From contig NC_087437.1 of assembly GCF_036321535.1 (NCBI RefSeq), forward strand, positions 77,192,001 through 77,256,000: a stretch of DNA of 64,000 nucleotides. Direction: 5' to 3'. A program made the position numbers and the translations under genes. The notes under the pieces are model-generated. The model saw nothing but the letters and a program-made list of their open reading frames with translations, had not been told where the DNA came from and made no database searches. Positions 63,476 through 64,000 of the stretch are shown piece by piece (the stretch's first letter is position 1; every line of letters begins with the position of its first letter). Source of the DNA: Camelus dromedarius (Eukaryota).

Positions 63476-64000
63476 GAAAATTTTCCAAATTACTCACATA
63501 GGACATTATTTTACTTTTTCTTTGTAATAAATATTTTTTAAATGAACAGTTGTGAATGAAATAATAATTTAAATAAATCTCTTAAGATTTTCAAATATTA
63601 TAACTTTTTAGTTCTCTCATCTAAAAATGTTTGACAAAATATAAGCAGGGACTGCTGAAATTAAAATAGTTTTAAAATGGCTATCATAAATACTTTTGAA
63701 AATTATCTACAAATCAGGTTCTGCATTGCTTAGTACCTTTCTATAAGGAGTACAGTGAAAATAATGTACATAAAATTAGCAGTCCTGATTCTCCCACTGT
63801 AGTATATATACAGCTCCCTAATTTCATTTTTCTAAGTAAACAATAAAAATGAATAGTATTTTTTAAATCTTAAATGTGACTAAACCTTTTAAATCAAAGA
63901 TACATGTCTTTTTCACTTAAAAACTCCCTTCCCAAAAGATCAATGGCCTTCTCTGCTAGAAGAGAGGAAATGGTTTTTGAAACCAACTCTTTGCTTCATT

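Noticed and set aside
1..64000. A named host gene or novel multi-gene system
   Set aside because: I found no chain of in-frame exons, no CpG island and no recognisable host protein, so naming one would be unsupported.

Overview
This is AT-rich, CpG-poor mammalian genomic DNA, almost certainly from a camelid (alpaca, llama or camel). The evidence is a Vic-1-type tRNA-Ala-derived SINE at 40733 and camelid/artiodactyl-type L1 3' ends. I saw no Alu, Bov-A/BovB, PRE-1 or CAN SINEs. I could not support any intact protein-coding gene or CpG island, so the window reads as intergenic or deep intronic. Roughly half is decayed transposable elements: L1 of several ages, L2, L3/CR1, MIR, MaLR/ERVL/ERV1 solo LTRs, and hAT, Tigger and Tc1/mariner DNA transposon relics. 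Many are nested, and several have readable target-site duplications (TSDs). The ORFs I could interpret are L1 ORF2 or CR1 remnants; the rest look like chance ORFs. The most interesting observations are a Tc1/mariner transposase fossil missed by the ORF track, several young L1 events (twin-priming inversion, a short putative 3' transduction, a 63-bp insertion, a composite insertion), and low-confidence candidate exons. I found no evidence of a new biological system. Repeat subfamily names are from memory of consensus sequences and need RepeatMasker/Dfam confirmation.
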